From positions 576,001 through 640,000 of the forward strand of contig OY761614.1 of assembly GCA_963664825.1 (NCBI GenBank): a DNA stretch of 64,000 nt. The letters run 5' to 3'. The translations under genes and the position numbers were made by a program. Of the stretch, positions 50,742-61,673 are shown one piece after another (the first letter of the stretch is position 1; each line of letters opens with the position of its first letter). The notes below the pieces were generated by a model. It did not search any database and was not told where the DNA came from. It saw nothing but the letters and a program-made list of their open reading frames with translations. This DNA is from an uncultured Holophaga sp. (GTDB taxonomy: Bacteria > Acidobacteriota > Holophagae > Holophagales > Holophagaceae).

Positions 50742-53700
50742 AGCCCCTCCGTCTCGTCCTCCAGGCCTTCGGCCCCTACGCGGGCCGCCAGGAACTGAAT
50801 TTCGCCGATCTCCAGGGCCAGGATTTCTTCCTCATCCATGGGCCCACGGGCGCAGGCAAGACCAGCATCCTGGATGGCCTCAGCTATGCCCTCTATGGGG
50901 AAACCAGCGGCGGCCTGCGGGAGGCCAGGGATATGCGCAGCCACTTCGCCGATCCCGCCCTGGAGACCCGGGTGCGCTTCGAGTTTCAGCTGGGGGACCA
51001 GATCTACCGCGTGGATCGCTGCCCGGAACAGATGGTCCCCAAACAGCGGGGCGGGGGCCTGAAGAAACAGAGCTACACCGCCAATCTGTGGGTCATGGAG
51101 GCGGGGGAGGCCACCCCCCTGGCCACGGAGAAACCCACGGCGGTCGATGCCCGGGTGATCGAGCTCATGGGCTTCAAGGCCAGCCAGTTCCGGCAGGTGG
51201 TGCTCCTGCCCCAGGGGCGCTTCCAGGAATTCATGCTGGCGGGTTCCACCGAGCGTCAGGCCATCCTCCAGGTGCTCTTCCAGACCGAGCGCTATGCCCG
51301 CATCACCCAGGCCCTCACCGACGAGGAGAAGGCCCTGAAGGAGGCCATGAGGGCCACCCTGGCCGAATCGCGGCAGCTGCTGGAACAGGTGGGAGTGGAA
51401 TCCGTGGAGGAGCTGCCCGGCCTCATCCGGGAGGCCGAGCACCGAGGGGCCCTACTCAAGCAGGAGCAGGAGAGCGTCATCGAAGCCGCCGCCGCCGTCG
51501 CGAGTGCGCTCCAGGAGGGCCTCCGCGCGGAGACCCTGGTCAAGGAGCAGGACGCGGCCATCGCCGAGCGGGCCGAACTCGGCGCCCGGACCCAGAGCAT
51601 GGACGTGCGCCGCACGGAATTGGAGCGCGCCCAGCGGACCGAATCCATCCTCCCGGCCGCCCGTCGCCTTCAGGAGGCCCAGGACCGCACCCGCGATCTG
51701 CGGGAGGAGGAAGGGCGCCTGGCCGAAATTTCCGAAGTCCAGGCCCAGACCCTCGCCACCTCCGAAGCACGGCTCACCCAAACCCTGGGACAGGAGATCC
51801 GGCGGGAGGAACTGCGCCACAGCATCGCCCGGCTCAAGGAGCTCGAGCCCAAGCTCGCGGCCCTGGAGGAATCCCGCAGGGAGGTCCGCAGTTCCGCCCT
51901 GGAGCGGGGACGCCTGGAGGACGAGGTTTCCGAGGGCAGGCGCCAGGGCGAACGCATGGGACAGGCCCTGGCCAAGCTCCAGGAGCAGCGCCAGGAACTT
52001 CAGGCCCAGGCCGACCAGGCCGATGCCCGGGAACACCTGCTCTATCTCGTCAAGAAGCAGCGGGGCCAGCGCGATGAGCTAGAGCGCTACTGGATGCAGG
52101 CCAAGGATGCCAAGGCGGCCCTCGAGGAAGCCGAGGCCACCCTCGCCTCCACCCGGGAGGAGCGAAGCGCCGCCCAAGAGGCCCTCCAGCACATCCTGGC
52201 CCGTCGCCAGGAGGCCCAGGCCGCTTCCCTGGCCCGCCATCTGGAGCCCGGAGCCCCCTGCCCCGTCTGCGGCAGCACCGAACACCCCATTCCCGCCCAG
52301 AGCGGGGCCGATCTGCCGGACGAAGATTCCGTCCACCTCGCCCAGGACCGCTTCGATCTCAGCGAAGCCTCCCTGTCCAGGGCCCAGGAGAACGCCCAGC
52401 AGCGCCACATCACCTACGAAGGGCTGCGCGCCCGCACCGACGGGCTCCTGGACGCCCTCGGAGACCTGGCCGAACAGCCCGCCGAAGTCTTCCAGGCCCA
52501 GGAGGCCGAGCGGCGTGCCGACCTGGAACGAAGCCGGAATGCCAGCACCCGGTTGCCCAGCCTGGAACTGGATGTGGCCGACGCCGAAGGGCGAAAGGCC
52601 ACTGCGGACCAGACTCTGGACGCGAGCCTGCTGCGACTGGATGAGCTGCGCACACGGGAGACGGAGGCCAAGGCCAAGGTCCGCTTCCTGGAGGAGAGCC
52701 TCCTCTCCGAACTCCGCGCCCCCGGGGCCCTCTCCACCCGGCGGGAGCAGGCCGAGCGTGAACTGGCCGAATCCGAACGGGAATTCCAGGAGTCCAGGGA
52801 CGCCCGGGACGCCGCCCAGGGCCAGTCCCACGAATCCAGGGCCCGGCTGGAGGCCCACCGGGAGCGCATGCGCGATGGGTTGGGCGAGATCAGCCGCTGC
52901 GAACTCGAACTGGACGAGGCTCTCGCCACCGCCCGCTTCCGGGATCGTTCGGACTTCGATCTGGCCAAGCGGCCCCAGGCAGACCAGGAAGCCATGGCCC
53001 AGGAACTGGAGAGCTTCGCCTCGGCCCTCCAATCGGCCGAGGACCGCCTCCGGCGGGCCCAGGAACAGGCCCGGGACATCGTGGCCCCGGATCTAGCCGC
53101 CCTCCGGGCCGCGGTGGAGGCCGCCCAGGCTCGGCTCTCCCGGGCGGGGGAGGAGCTGGGTCAGGCCCAGGGCCACCTCGAGAACCTGAGCAGGGTGAAG
53201 GGGATCCTGGAGGCCAAGGATACGGAAATCGCATCCATGGACCGCCGCTACCGCGTGCTGGGTCGGCTCGCCCGAGCCGCCAAGGGCGAAGAGGGTCCGC
53301 GCATCTCCTTCGAACGCTATGTCCAGGGCGCCATCTTGGACGAGGTGCTGATCTCGGCCAGCGAGCGGCTGCGCAAGATGAGCAAGCAACGCTACGCCCT
53401 GCGCCGGGCCCTGGGGGCCGGCGATCTCCGCAAGGCCGGGGGCCTCGATCTCGAAGTGACCGACACCCATACCGGACGGGCCCGGGCCGTGAGCACCCTC
53501 TCGGGCGGCGAGGGCTTCCTGGCCAGCCTGGCCCTGGCCCTGGGCCTATCGGATGTGGTCCAGCGCAATGCCGGCGGCATCCGTCTCGACACAGTCTTCA
53601 TCGACGAGGGCTTCGGCAGCCTGGACCAGGAATCCCTGGATCTGGCCCTGCGCACCCTGGAAGAACTCAAGCAGGGCGGGCGTCTCGTGGGGCTCATCTC

Positions 53701-53791
53701 CCACCTCGAGGAGGTCAAGGCCCGCATCCCCGCCCGCCTGGAAGTCATCCCCGGCCCCGGCGGCAGCCGCGCCGAATTCAAAGTGGGCTGA
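50738..53791 (+). CDS. sbcC: Nuclease SbcCD subunit C (Rad50-like ATPase)
   Basis: VKPLRLVLQAFGPY start, GPTGAGKT, CPVCGS zinc hook, LSGGE, FIDEGFG; the 50642 ORF start lies inside the repeat. Confidence 0.95.
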   Translation: MKPLRLVLQAFGPYAGRQELNFADLQGQDFFLIHGPTGAGKTSILDGLSYALYGETSGGLREARDMRSHFADPALETRVRFEFQLGDQIYRVDRCPEQMVPKQRGGGLKKQSYTANLWVMEAGEATPLATEKPTAVDARVIELMGFKASQFRQVVLLPQGRFQEFMLAGSTERQAILQVLFQTERYARITQALTDEEKALKEAMRATLAESRQLLEQVGVESVEELPGLIREAEHRGALLKQEQESVIEAAAAVASALQEGLRAETLVKEQDAAIAERAELGARTQSMDVRRTELERAQRTESILPAARRLQEAQDRTRDLREEEGRLAEISEVQAQTLATSEARLTQTLGQEIRREELRHSIARLKELEPKLAALEESRREVRSSALERGRLEDEVSEGRRQGERMGQALAKLQEQRQELQAQADQADAREHLLYLVKKQRGQRDELERYWMQAKDAKAALEEAEATLASTREERSAAQEALQHILARRQEAQAASLARHLEPGAPCPVCGSTEHPIPAQSGADLPDEDSVHLAQDRFDLSEASLSRAQENAQQRHITYEGLRARTDGLLDALGDLAEQPAEVFQAQEAERRADLERSRNASTRLPSLELDVADAEGRKATADQTLDASLLRLDELRTRETEAKAKVRFLEESLLSELRAPGALSTRREQAERELAESEREFQESRDARDAAQGQSHESRARLEAHRERMRDGLGEISRCELELDEALATARFRDRSDFDLAKRPQADQEAMAQELESFASALQSAEDRLRRAQEQARDIVAPDLAALRAAVEAAQARLSRAGEELGQAQGHLENLSRVKGILEAKDTEIASMDRRYRVLGRLARAAKGEEGPRISFERYVQGAILDEVLISASERLRKMSKQRYALRRALGAGDLRKAGGLDLEVTDTHTGRARAVSTLSGGEGFLASLALALGLSDVVQRNAGGIRLDTVFIDEGFGSLDQESLDLALRTLEELKQGGRLVGLISHLEEVKARIPARLEVIPGPGGSRAEFKVG

Positions 53792-53800
53792 TCGAAAGGA

Positions 53801-54526
53801 CTATCTCCGGATCCGCTCGATGAGGGATTCCACGGCCCCCAAGAGATCCAGAAGGCCCGGCCCCGAGGGACGGGTCTCCGCCTCCAGCCAGCCTCCCGTA
53901 GAAGGCAGGGGAGCCGCCAGCTGGGCCTGGCGCTTGCTGTCTTCCAGTTCCTGGATCTGGCGCTCCCGGGACCTGTCCAGGCCCCCGGCTTCGATGAAGG
54001 CCAGCACCCGGCGCAGCTCATCCCGATCGAACCAGAGCCCATGCTGCTTGCAGGCATCCAGGACCACCCCCGAGATGCGGCCGTAATTGGTGCGGTTCAT
54101 GAGATGCCCGCACTCGGGACATGGGCGGTAGCGCACGTTCGTCTCCAGCACCTCGGCCTTCTCGGGGGCCCCGGGCAGGGCCCCCAACACCTCTCCCCGC
54201 TCCTCGCGATCCGCCGCCAGGCGCTCGAAGAGCTGAAGGGGCAGCCACAGTCCCCCGCAGCGATGGCACTGCTCCAGCTGAAGGGCCCCCACGGTGCTGG
54301 CCGCCAGGGGAATCCGGCACTCCGGGCAGGCGTGCTGGGTGGCCGATTCCGCCTGGACCTGGATCGCGGTGCCGCAATGGGGGCAATGCTGGGTCCCTAA
54401 AGATACGAGCCCGAAGCAATGAGGACAGGCCACGGTGGCCAGCTGGGAATGGCAGTAGGGGCACTGGAGAGCATCCCCCCCCACGCTGGCGCCGCAGGAG
54501 GGGCAGCGGAAGGTCGCGGCCTCCAT
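53801..54526 (-). CDS. Multi zinc-ribbon protein (zf-TFIIB-like)
   Basis: Multiple CPxC pairs; CHRCGGLW and CKQHGLWFDRDEL. Confidence 0.82.
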   Translation of the reverse strand: MEAATFRCPSCGASVGGDALQCPYCHSQLATVACPHCFGLVSLGTQHCPHCGTAIQVQAESATQHACPECRIPLAASTVGALQLEQCHRCGGLWLPLQLFERLAADREERGEVLGALPGAPEKAEVLETNVRYRPCPECGHLMNRTNYGRISGVVLDACKQHGLWFDRDELRRVLAFIEAGGLDRSRERQIQELEDSKRQAQLAAPLPSTGGWLEAETRPSGPGLLDLLGAVESLIERIRR

Positions 54527-54528
54527 CC

Positions 54529-55356
54529 CTAACCCCTGGGGGAAGGCTCGGGAGCCTTGGGCGCTTCAGGGGGCGTAGGGGGTTCTGGAACCACAGGCGC
54601 CTTGGGGGCCACGGCCGGTTTGGGCTCAAGCGTCCCGGCCTGCGGGGCCTCGGTGGGGCGCTCGTCCTCCTGCTTCACACCGTACCAGCGGGGCTGGGGC
54701 AAGGGCATCCAGTTGAAGTGCTCCTGGATCTTGAAGACGACCACCCGGGAGAAGGCCTTGGCCTCCTCCTCCCGGATACGGGATTCGTCATCCTGTTCCC
54801 CCCTGCGGATAGGATCCATGGCCTCGATGACCTCATCGGGCTCCACGGAAAAACTATCCAGGGGCTCGGGATCTCCGGCGCGGTAGAGGGCCACTTGGGC
54901 CTCCATCCGCTGGGGACGATAGCCCAGACGGGCCATGTCGTGGCGCCGGGTCGCCGAAGCGTGGCCACCGGCCCAGAGGCCCCAGAAGAATCCATCGAAG
55001 ACCGCATCCCGGTTCCCAGCCATGGCGCTCAGCGCACCCACGGCCACGCCCGTGATGGCGCCCACGGCCGCCGGGGAGGGATCGGAACCCCCGCCCCGCA
55101 GTTCGGTGATGGCGACCCTCAATTCGGCGGCATTCGCGGGCGCCTTCATGCCCTCGGGCACCACCACCGTGCGGGTGGCCAGCTTGGCCCGGAGGGCCGC
55201 GGCATATTCCTGCTTCACCTCCACCCCCGTCGGGACATTCCCGGGAATGGTGAAGGACACCACGATGGGGGCCGGGTTCCGCTTGAAGGCCTCCACTTCG
55301 GGACGCTGACAGGCCAGGAGGAAAAGGAGGGGCAGAGCGGCAAGCATGCGTTTCAT
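54529..55356 (-). CDS. Lipoprotein, hypothetical
   Basis: MKRMLAALPLLFLLAC lipobox; glycine-zipper-like segment; Pro-rich tail. Confidence 0.78.
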   Translation of the reverse strand: MKRMLAALPLLFLLACQRPEVEAFKRNPAPIVVSFTIPGNVPTGVEVKQEYAAALRAKLATRTVVVPEGMKAPANAAELRVAITELRGGGSDPSPAAVGAITGVAVGALSAMAGNRDAVFDGFFWGLWAGGHASATRRHDMARLGYRPQRMEAQVALYRAGDPEPLDSFSVEPDEVIEAMDPIRRGEQDDESRIREEEAKAFSRVVVFKIQEHFNWMPLPQPRWYGVKQEDERPTEAPQAGTLEPKPAVAPKAPVVPEPPTPPEAPKAPEPSPRG

Positions 55357-55523
55357 GGGGGACCTCTCACATCTCATGACGAAGGATTGCGGAAAATTCC
55401 CAGGATTCAAGGGCGTCCATTCCAAATCCTACCCCTATGGATCAGGGAAGGTGATGCCGAGGGCCGAATTGCCGAAATCCCAGGCCGGGTGGATTCCCTC
55501 TACCATGTTCAAGGAGTGAAGCG

Positions 55524-56558
55524 ATGCTCATCCTCATGGAACGCGGCGCCACGCCGCAGCAGATCCAGGCCGTTCTCGCAGTCCTCGAGGCGGCGGGGGT
55601 GCGGGCCCACATCCAGGAAAGTCCCGGCGCCCTCAGCGTCCTGGCCCCCCATGCCTCCCAGGCCCTGAAGCCGGACCGCATCGAGCCCATGGGAGGCGTC
55701 GCCAAGGTCGTGCCCATCACCTCCCCCTACAAGCTGGCGGGGACGGATGTGACCGCGGGACGCACTGTCGTAGAGGTCCGGGGCGTCCGCATCGGCGGGG
55801 AAGAACTGGCCATCGCGGCCGGTCCCTGTGGCGTCGAGAGCCGCGAGCAGCTCTTCAACGTGGCGCGCTATGTGGCGGAGAGCGGCGTGAAGCTCCTGAG
55901 GGCAGGCGCCTTCAAACCCCGCACGAGCCCCTATGCCTTCCAGGGCCTGGGCCTGGAGGCCTTGAGGCTGCTGGAAGAAGCCCGGGAGACCTTCGATCTG
56001 GGCCTGGTGATCGAAGCCACCGAGGTGGAGACCTTCGATGAGGTGGAGCGGGTGGCCGATCTGGTGCAACTGGGCGCCCGCAATATGCAGAACTTCGCCC
56101 TCCTCCGGCGCGCGGGGCGATCCGAAAAGCCCATTCTCCTCAAGCGAGGCCCCGCCGCCACCCTGGAGGAATGGCTCTTCGCAGCCGAATACGTGCTCTC
56201 CGAAGGCAATCGCAACGTGATCCTCTGTGAGCGCGGCATCCGCACCTGGGCCGATCACGCCCGCAACACCCTGGATGTGAGTGTCATCCCAGCCGCCAAG
56301 GCCCTCACCCACCTGCCGATCATCGCCGATCCCAGCCACGCCGCGGGGCGCCGGGATCTCGTCATTCCATGCGCCCGGGCCGCCGTGGCCGCGGGCGCCG
56401 ATGGCCTGCTGGTGGAAACCCACTGCCAACCTGACCAGGCCCTCAGCGACGGGCCCCAGGCCCTCCTGCCTTCGGATTTCCTCCAGATGGTCGAGCAGGT
56501 CCGCGGCATCCACGCAGTCGTGCGCGGCATCGAGAAGCGGGCCCAGCTGCTGTTCTAG
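55524..56558 (+). CDS. aroF: 3-deoxy-7-phosphoheptulonate synthase (type I-beta, N-terminal regulatory domain)
   Basis: AGPCGVE, FKPRTSPY, GARNMQN, LCERG, DPSH. Confidence 0.95.
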   Translation: MLILMERGATPQQIQAVLAVLEAAGVRAHIQESPGALSVLAPHASQALKPDRIEPMGGVAKVVPITSPYKLAGTDVTAGRTVVEVRGVRIGGEELAIAAGPCGVESREQLFNVARYVAESGVKLLRAGAFKPRTSPYAFQGLGLEALRLLEEARETFDLGLVIEATEVETFDEVERVADLVQLGARNMQNFALLRRAGRSEKPILLKRGPAATLEEWLFAAEYVLSEGNRNVILCERGIRTWADHARNTLDVSVIPAAKALTHLPIIADPSHAAGRRDLVIPCARAAVAAGADGLLVETHCQPDQALSDGPQALLPSDFLQMVEQVRGIHAVVRGIEKRAQLLF

Positions 56559-56605
56559 GAGCCTTCCGAAAGAGCTGGGCCAGGACTTGGGTATTCCAGG
56601 GGCTG

Positions 56606-57376
56606 CTAGAACCTGACGACGACGCCGAAGCCCGCTCCCGAACGCTTGATGTTGAGGATCAGATCGTCCTTGATGGAGCCCTTCGGCACATCGAAATTTT
56701 CATCGTCCAGGAAAGCCCTCAAGCCGAGCCAATCCAAGGGGAAGTAGCGCAAGTCACCCTGCCAGCGGTGATAGCTGGCGCCCTTGTAGCGCAGGAAGTG
56801 GAAGCCCACGCGGGCCACGATGCGATCGCCGAAGGCCTTGCCGCCCACGGCTAGGCCCAGCTGGGGAATGGGCACGGGGATCTTCTCGGCGGCCGTGGTG
56901 GGGGCCGTGTCGCCGGGGAGCACGCCGGAGGCCTTCATGTCCAGGTCCCAGACATGGGCGCCGAGATCCACGCCGATCCAGGCCTGTTCCCACGTCAGGG
57001 CGCGAATGGTCCAGTTCAGGTCATAGCTCTTGAGCTTGACCAGGGAGTCCACCCGAGTGCCCACGGGATAGTCCTTGCCGTCCAGGCTCACCGTGCGCGT
57101 GACGGTGGCGCTGCCCTTGTAGTCCTGGGCATCGGTAGAGAGCGTGAACCCGAAGCGGTGGCCCTGGTATTCGAGAGCCACGCCGGGACGGGTCTTGTCC
57201 CTCTCCAGGGCCAGATCGTTCTTGAGATCGAAGGAGATGGGCTGGCCGTCCTCCGTGCCCTCGAAATGCCCTTCCAGGGTGGAGGGGAGGCCATGGAGCG
57301 CGAAGCTCCACTTCCGCTCCGGCACCTGGGCCACCAGAGGCAAGGTGGCGAGAAGGAATAAGGCCACAGCGCGCAT
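56606..57376 (-). CDS. Outer-membrane beta-barrel protein
   Basis: Signal peptide, amphipathic beta strands, PVPIPQLG, terminal VVVRF. Confidence 0.75.
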   Translation of the reverse strand: MRAVALFLLATLPLVAQVPERKWSFALHGLPSTLEGHFEGTEDGQPISFDLKNDLALERDKTRPGVALEYQGHRFGFTLSTDAQDYKGSATVTRTVSLDGKDYPVGTRVDSLVKLKSYDLNWTIRALTWEQAWIGVDLGAHVWDLDMKASGVLPGDTAPTTAAEKIPVPIPQLGLAVGGKAFGDRIVARVGFHFLRYKGASYHRWQGDLRYFPLDWLGLRAFLDDENFDVPKGSIKDDLILNIKRSGAGFGVVVRF

Positions 57377-57465
57377 GGGTTCTCCTCTAGGGGGGGCTTC
57401 GTTCCCCTATCGGACCCTTGGGCTTCCAGCATGAGAATGAGGGAGATCCCGCGTCTATGCCCGGA

Positions 57466-58974
57466 TTACGGAGTGATCAAACCCGATACCACGTCCGCAT
57501 AGCCATAGGGCAGGGTGCAGCGGTAAGGAGCGGAGAGCATGTCCAGGCCCTGCTGGATCACCCGGATCCGGAAGACATAGGTGTTGCCCGCCACGAGAAT
57601 GCCGGGAGGTGTCGACCCACTGGTGGCCGGTCTGCGCAAATCGGCCACCACGGTGCCCTCGGTAGAATTACCCACCGCGTCGAGTCGGTAGATGGTCACG
57701 ATATATCCCGAGGGTGAACCCAAGGAAGGCACCTCCCAGGAGAGGGTGGGCGTCAGCCCCACGCCGCTCCTGTCCGCCAGCAGACCGAGGTCGTTGATCT
57801 TGGGGTTCAGCACAGGCGTCACTAGGGGGCGCAGAGGCGCGGTGGCCGTGGGTAGCGTGGTGGTATTCACCGAGATCGTGGCGTCCAGATTCCAAGGCGC
57901 CGTCGTGCCAGGAAGGGTGTAGCTGTTCAGGTAGGCGCAGGACGCTTCGAGGACCTTATCCCAGGCGGAGGGGTAGGGATTCCCGTAGGAGATTTCCCCC
58001 AGATCGAAATCGTTGGTGAAGGGGATATAGGGGAAAAAGTCCGCCAGATCCCCCGAATACCCGGCGGAAATGATCCCCTTGGCCGCCGTGAGATAGAAGG
58101 CCTGATCGGAAAGCTCGGCGCTGGGGCCCATGATCGCGGCGTTGGGCGTAAATTCCGAGGCTTTCACATTGAGGCGGAGGGTTCCCGTCTGAGGGAGGGC
58201 CACAAAGGAGCCGTTGAGCGTGGTGCTCTGAGCATCCACCTGGGTGTACGAGGCCGGTTCGAACACCCTTTGCGCCACTTGGTACAACCAATTGGCATCA
58301 GAAGTGCCGACCATCTGCACCAGATAGGGATGATCGCCCTTGGCCCCATCGTTCAAATGGGAGGGATTGGGGGAGAACCAGTCGATCGTCAGACCGGCCA
58401 GGGCAGTGGCGCCATCGGTGGGGGCGTTCCCGCGGGCATACCCTTCAAGCCCGTAGATGTAATCGTTAGCGTTGTAGTTGTAAAAGAGGAGATTATCCGC
58501 GCTGGAATTCCAGGGATTTAGGTTCGAGACGTTGAAGACCACATCCGTGCTCTTGGATGGAAGCTGAGCGTCCCTTCGCCCGCCCAGATCCTGGCCCAGG
58601 TCGAGGCTGACCTTATGGGTCCAAAGGTACAGAGAACCGAATTTGAGCCAGTAATACCCCGTGGGCGTGGCGTTGATGCTGAAGGTGCCGTCAGCCTTGC
58701 CGCCCCCCACCACCGTGGTATACCCACCCAAGCCATCGGGGATCAGGGCGGCGATGCTACCGGAGGGATATTCCGCGGGATTGGAAAGATCCACAGGCTG
58801 AGGAACATCCCCCGCGCTGAGGGTGTGGTAATTGGAAATGCAGGTGCCCTGGATGATCGTGGGAGTGGGGGGCGGGGGGGTCTTGTGCCCACCACCTCCA
58901 CAGGCGAGTGCCATCCCACCCACCAGGGCCGAGATCGGAATCACATGAGAGAGCGCGCCTGCGAACTTCATCAT
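57466..58974 (-). CDS. Extracellular beta-rich lipoprotein
   Basis: ALAC-GGGG lipobox, Pro linker, C-terminal Fn3-like TPTLSWEVP...YVFRIR; GGAGG SD. Confidence 0.78.
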   Translation of the reverse strand: MMKFAGALSHVIPISALVGGMALACGGGGHKTPPPPTPTIIQGTCISNYHTLSAGDVPQPVDLSNPAEYPSGSIAALIPDGLGGYTTVVGGGKADGTFSINATPTGYYWLKFGSLYLWTHKVSLDLGQDLGGRRDAQLPSKSTDVVFNVSNLNPWNSSADNLLFYNYNANDYIYGLEGYARGNAPTDGATALAGLTIDWFSPNPSHLNDGAKGDHPYLVQMVGTSDANWLYQVAQRVFEPASYTQVDAQSTTLNGSFVALPQTGTLRLNVKASEFTPNAAIMGPSAELSDQAFYLTAAKGIISAGYSGDLADFFPYIPFTNDFDLGEISYGNPYPSAWDKVLEASCAYLNSYTLPGTTAPWNLDATISVNTTTLPTATAPLRPLVTPVLNPKINDLGLLADRSGVGLTPTLSWEVPSLGSPSGYIVTIYRLDAVGNSTEGTVVADLRRPATSGSTPPGILVAGNTYVFRIRVIQQGLDMLSAPYRCTLPYGYADVVSGLITP

Positions 58975-59054
58975 GAGATTCCTCCACATAAGAGTCGAAT
59001 TCTTTGCAGGGTGAACGAAGGTTTGGCATTCCATCTAAAGGTGAATGCGAAGGT

Positions 59055-60407
59055 TTAGGACGGAGTCTCCAGGGAATGGATCAGGGCCTGGAACCGGGGA
59101 TGCTGGCGCAGGGAATCCAAGTCCCCATCATGGAGGAACCAGTCCTTCTGGGAGAGACCTGCTGCCACCGCCTGTTCCAGGCATTCCAGGGCCCCTTCCC
59201 CATCCCCAGCTAGGGCATGGATGCAGCCCAGGTTGTAGAGGAGCATGGAATCCTCCGGGTCCACGCTCCGCGCCATTCGGGCCCAGGCCAAGCCCTTTTC
59301 GATCTCCCCCAGGGCGACGAGGGCATTGGCTCCGAAATACCGGGCCCGCACATCCTCGGGAGATCGCTTCAGGCGGGCTTCCACCAGGGCAAGGCCCTGC
59401 CTTCGGGCCCGCGCCGCCTCGTCCACCACCCCCAGGCTGGCGTAGGCCTGGGCCACCAGCAGGATCGCCTGGAAGTCCTCGGGACGAAGCGCCGCGGCCC
59501 ATTCGAAATAGTGGATGGCCTCTTCCATGCGCCCAGCGGCAAAACAATGGCGGGCGTAGAAGTAGGCGCCCTCGTAAAGATTGGGATCCAGCCGCAGCGC
59601 CGTCTCGAAGGCCTCCACAGCCTCCGTAGCGCGACCCAGGGCGGACAGGGCCACTCCCCGGGAGGCCTGGGCCTCGGCTAGCCCCGGATCCAGCTCCAGG
59701 GCCCTGCGGCTGGCGGATTCGGCCCGCTCACGATGGGCCGCGCTCCGGTCCACGTAGATGTAGAGGTAGGCCGCGCAGTTGGCCACCCCCGCCCAGGCCG
59801 CCGCATAGCCCGGGGCGAGCTTCAGGGCCTGTTGGAAGAGTCGGCTAGCATCATGCATGCCCTGACGGTTGTAATGAAAGTAGTGCTGGCGACCCCGCAG
59901 GTAGAAGTCGTAGGCGTCCAGGTCCACCGGGGAATGCCTGTGATCGGGAGCGGATAGTCCCAGCGCCGCGGCGATGGCACCGACCACGCCATCGATGAGC
60001 GAGAAGAGATCGGCCCCCCCACGTTCGAAACGGCCCGACCAGGTTCGGGCTCCCGTCTCCACCTCGATGAGTTCAGCCTCCAGCACCAATCGGGCAGGGT
60101 CTTTCAGCAGATTGCCTGCGAGAACGTGGCGGACGCCGAGATGTTTCCCGATCTCCCGGACAGGCAGTTCGGCACCCTGGAACAGGAAGGAGGAGGTGCG
60201 GGACAGGACCCGGAGCCCCTCCACGCGGTTCAGGCCCAGCAGGATCTCATCGGAGAAGCCCTCACAGAAATGGCCCTCCCCTTGTTCCGGACTCAGGTCG
60301 AGGAGAGGCAGAATGGCCACAGAGGGAAGGCCCATCCAGGCCGCTTTCGACGCCCGCCAGGGAGCTTCCCGAATCACCTCAGCAGAGCTGGATCGTTCCT
60401 CGGCCAT
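59055..60407 (-). CDS. TolB-N-like plus TPR repeat protein
   Basis: SVAILPL, RVLSRTSSF, AYDFYLRG, TPRs, DGDLDSLR.HPRF. Confidence 0.88.
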   Translation of the reverse strand: MAEERSSSAEVIREAPWRASKAAWMGLPSVAILPLLDLSPEQGEGHFCEGFSDEILLGLNRVEGLRVLSRTSSFLFQGAELPVREIGKHLGVRHVLAGNLLKDPARLVLEAELIEVETGARTWSGRFERGGADLFSLIDGVVGAIAAALGLSAPDHRHSPVDLDAYDFYLRGRQHYFHYNRQGMHDASRLFQQALKLAPGYAAAWAGVANCAAYLYIYVDRSAAHRERAESASRRALELDPGLAEAQASRGVALSALGRATEAVEAFETALRLDPNLYEGAYFYARHCFAAGRMEEAIHYFEWAAALRPEDFQAILLVAQAYASLGVVDEAARARRQGLALVEARLKRSPEDVRARYFGANALVALGEIEKGLAWARMARSVDPEDSMLLYNLGCIHALAGDGEGALECLEQAVAAGLSQKDWFLHDGDLDSLRQHPRFQALIHSLETPS

Positions 60408-60523
60408 GGGTCCACCTCCGGGAAGGCGTGGGGCAACCTGGGGATATTTCTAGTGACCTTCCCAGTTTAAGCCGTTGTCACGGGATGACCATGCCATTGG
60501 CATTCGGAGCACTGGCGAAAGGA

Positions 60524-61603
60524 TCAGGCCGGCATCCGGTAGACCACCGCATTGATATTCATGCCGGCCCCCACCGAGGCCAGGGCGATGGTATCGCCGG
60601 GGCGCAGGACCTGACCTTCCAGATCCCCCTTCCGGATGAGATCGAGCATGGTCGGAATCGTCGCGACAGAGCTATTCCCAAGCCAGGAGATCGTCATGGG
60701 CATGAGGCCTTCCGGTGCCTTCTCCAACCCATAGAGCTTGCAGAGAGCTTCCAGGATCGCTTCGTCCATCTTCAGGTTCGCCTGATGGATGAGGAGCTTG
60801 GACAGGGACCGGAGATCCACGCCGGCGCGGTCGAGGCATTCCTTGATGGCTCCGGCCACGTAATTGAGGGCATAGCGATAGAGCTTGCGGCCTTCCATTT
60901 TCAGGAAGGAGGTCTCCGGGAAAGCCGATTCCTTGTAGGAAGGCCCCATGAACAACATCTTGGAATGCTCGAAGGTATCGGAACGAACGGCATGGGCCAG
61001 GATGCCCTCGGAGAGGGAAGTCTCTCGCCCCTCGAAGATCGTGGCTCCGGCCCCATCGGCATAGATCAAGCTATCCCGGTCATGGGGGTCCGATATCCGG
61101 GACAGGATATCGGCGCCGATCACCATCACGCGCTTCACCATGCCCGATCGGATCATGTAGTCGGCCTGGATCACGCCCTGAAGCCACCCCGGGCATCCGA
61201 AGATGAGATCCATGGCGACCGTCCGGGGGTTCACGATGCGGAGCCGGGCCTTGACCTGGGCGGCCAGGGAGGGCACCAGATCCGAGCGATGACTGCCGGG
61301 CCGCACGTTCCCGAAATTGTGGGCCACGATGATGTAGTCGAGGGATTCACGATCGATATTGGAAGAGCGCAGGGCATCCTCGGCGGCCTCGAAGGCGATA
61401 TCCGAAGTCAGCAGATCATCGGAGGCATAGCGGCGCTCGCGGATCCCCGTGATCGATTCGAACTGCGCCAGGATCTCGGCATTCGATTTTTCGATGGGCT
61501 TGTGGTCCGGGCCATGGAAGGTGTGCTGTAGGAAGTGGTCGTTCGGCACCACGAGGGCAGGAATGAAGCGACCACTTCCGGAAATGAGGGTTTGGATTGT
61601 CAT
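60524..61603 (-). CDS. fabH: 3-oxoacyl-ACP synthase III family protein
   Basis: TGIRERRY, FGCPG (Cys), IHQAN, GNSSVA. Confidence 0.9.
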   Translation of the reverse strand: MTIQTLISGSGRFIPALVVPNDHFLQHTFHGPDHKPIEKSNAEILAQFESITGIRERRYASDDLLTSDIAFEAAEDALRSSNIDRESLDYIIVAHNFGNVRPGSHRSDLVPSLAAQVKARLRIVNPRTVAMDLIFGCPGWLQGVIQADYMIRSGMVKRVMVIGADILSRISDPHDRDSLIYADGAGATIFEGRETSLSEGILAHAVRSDTFEHSKMLFMGPSYKESAFPETSFLKMEGRKLYRYALNYVAGAIKECLDRAGVDLRSLSKLLIHQANLKMDEAILEALCKLYGLEKAPEGLMPMTISWLGNSSVATIPTMLDLIRKGDLEGQVLRPGDTIALASVGAGMNINAVVYRMPA

Positions 61604-61673
61604 AGAGTGTCCCTGCCCAAAAGATTAGCCTGGGAGCGCCGGAAGGGCGAGTGGAGGCCGAAGGAACCCGTTC

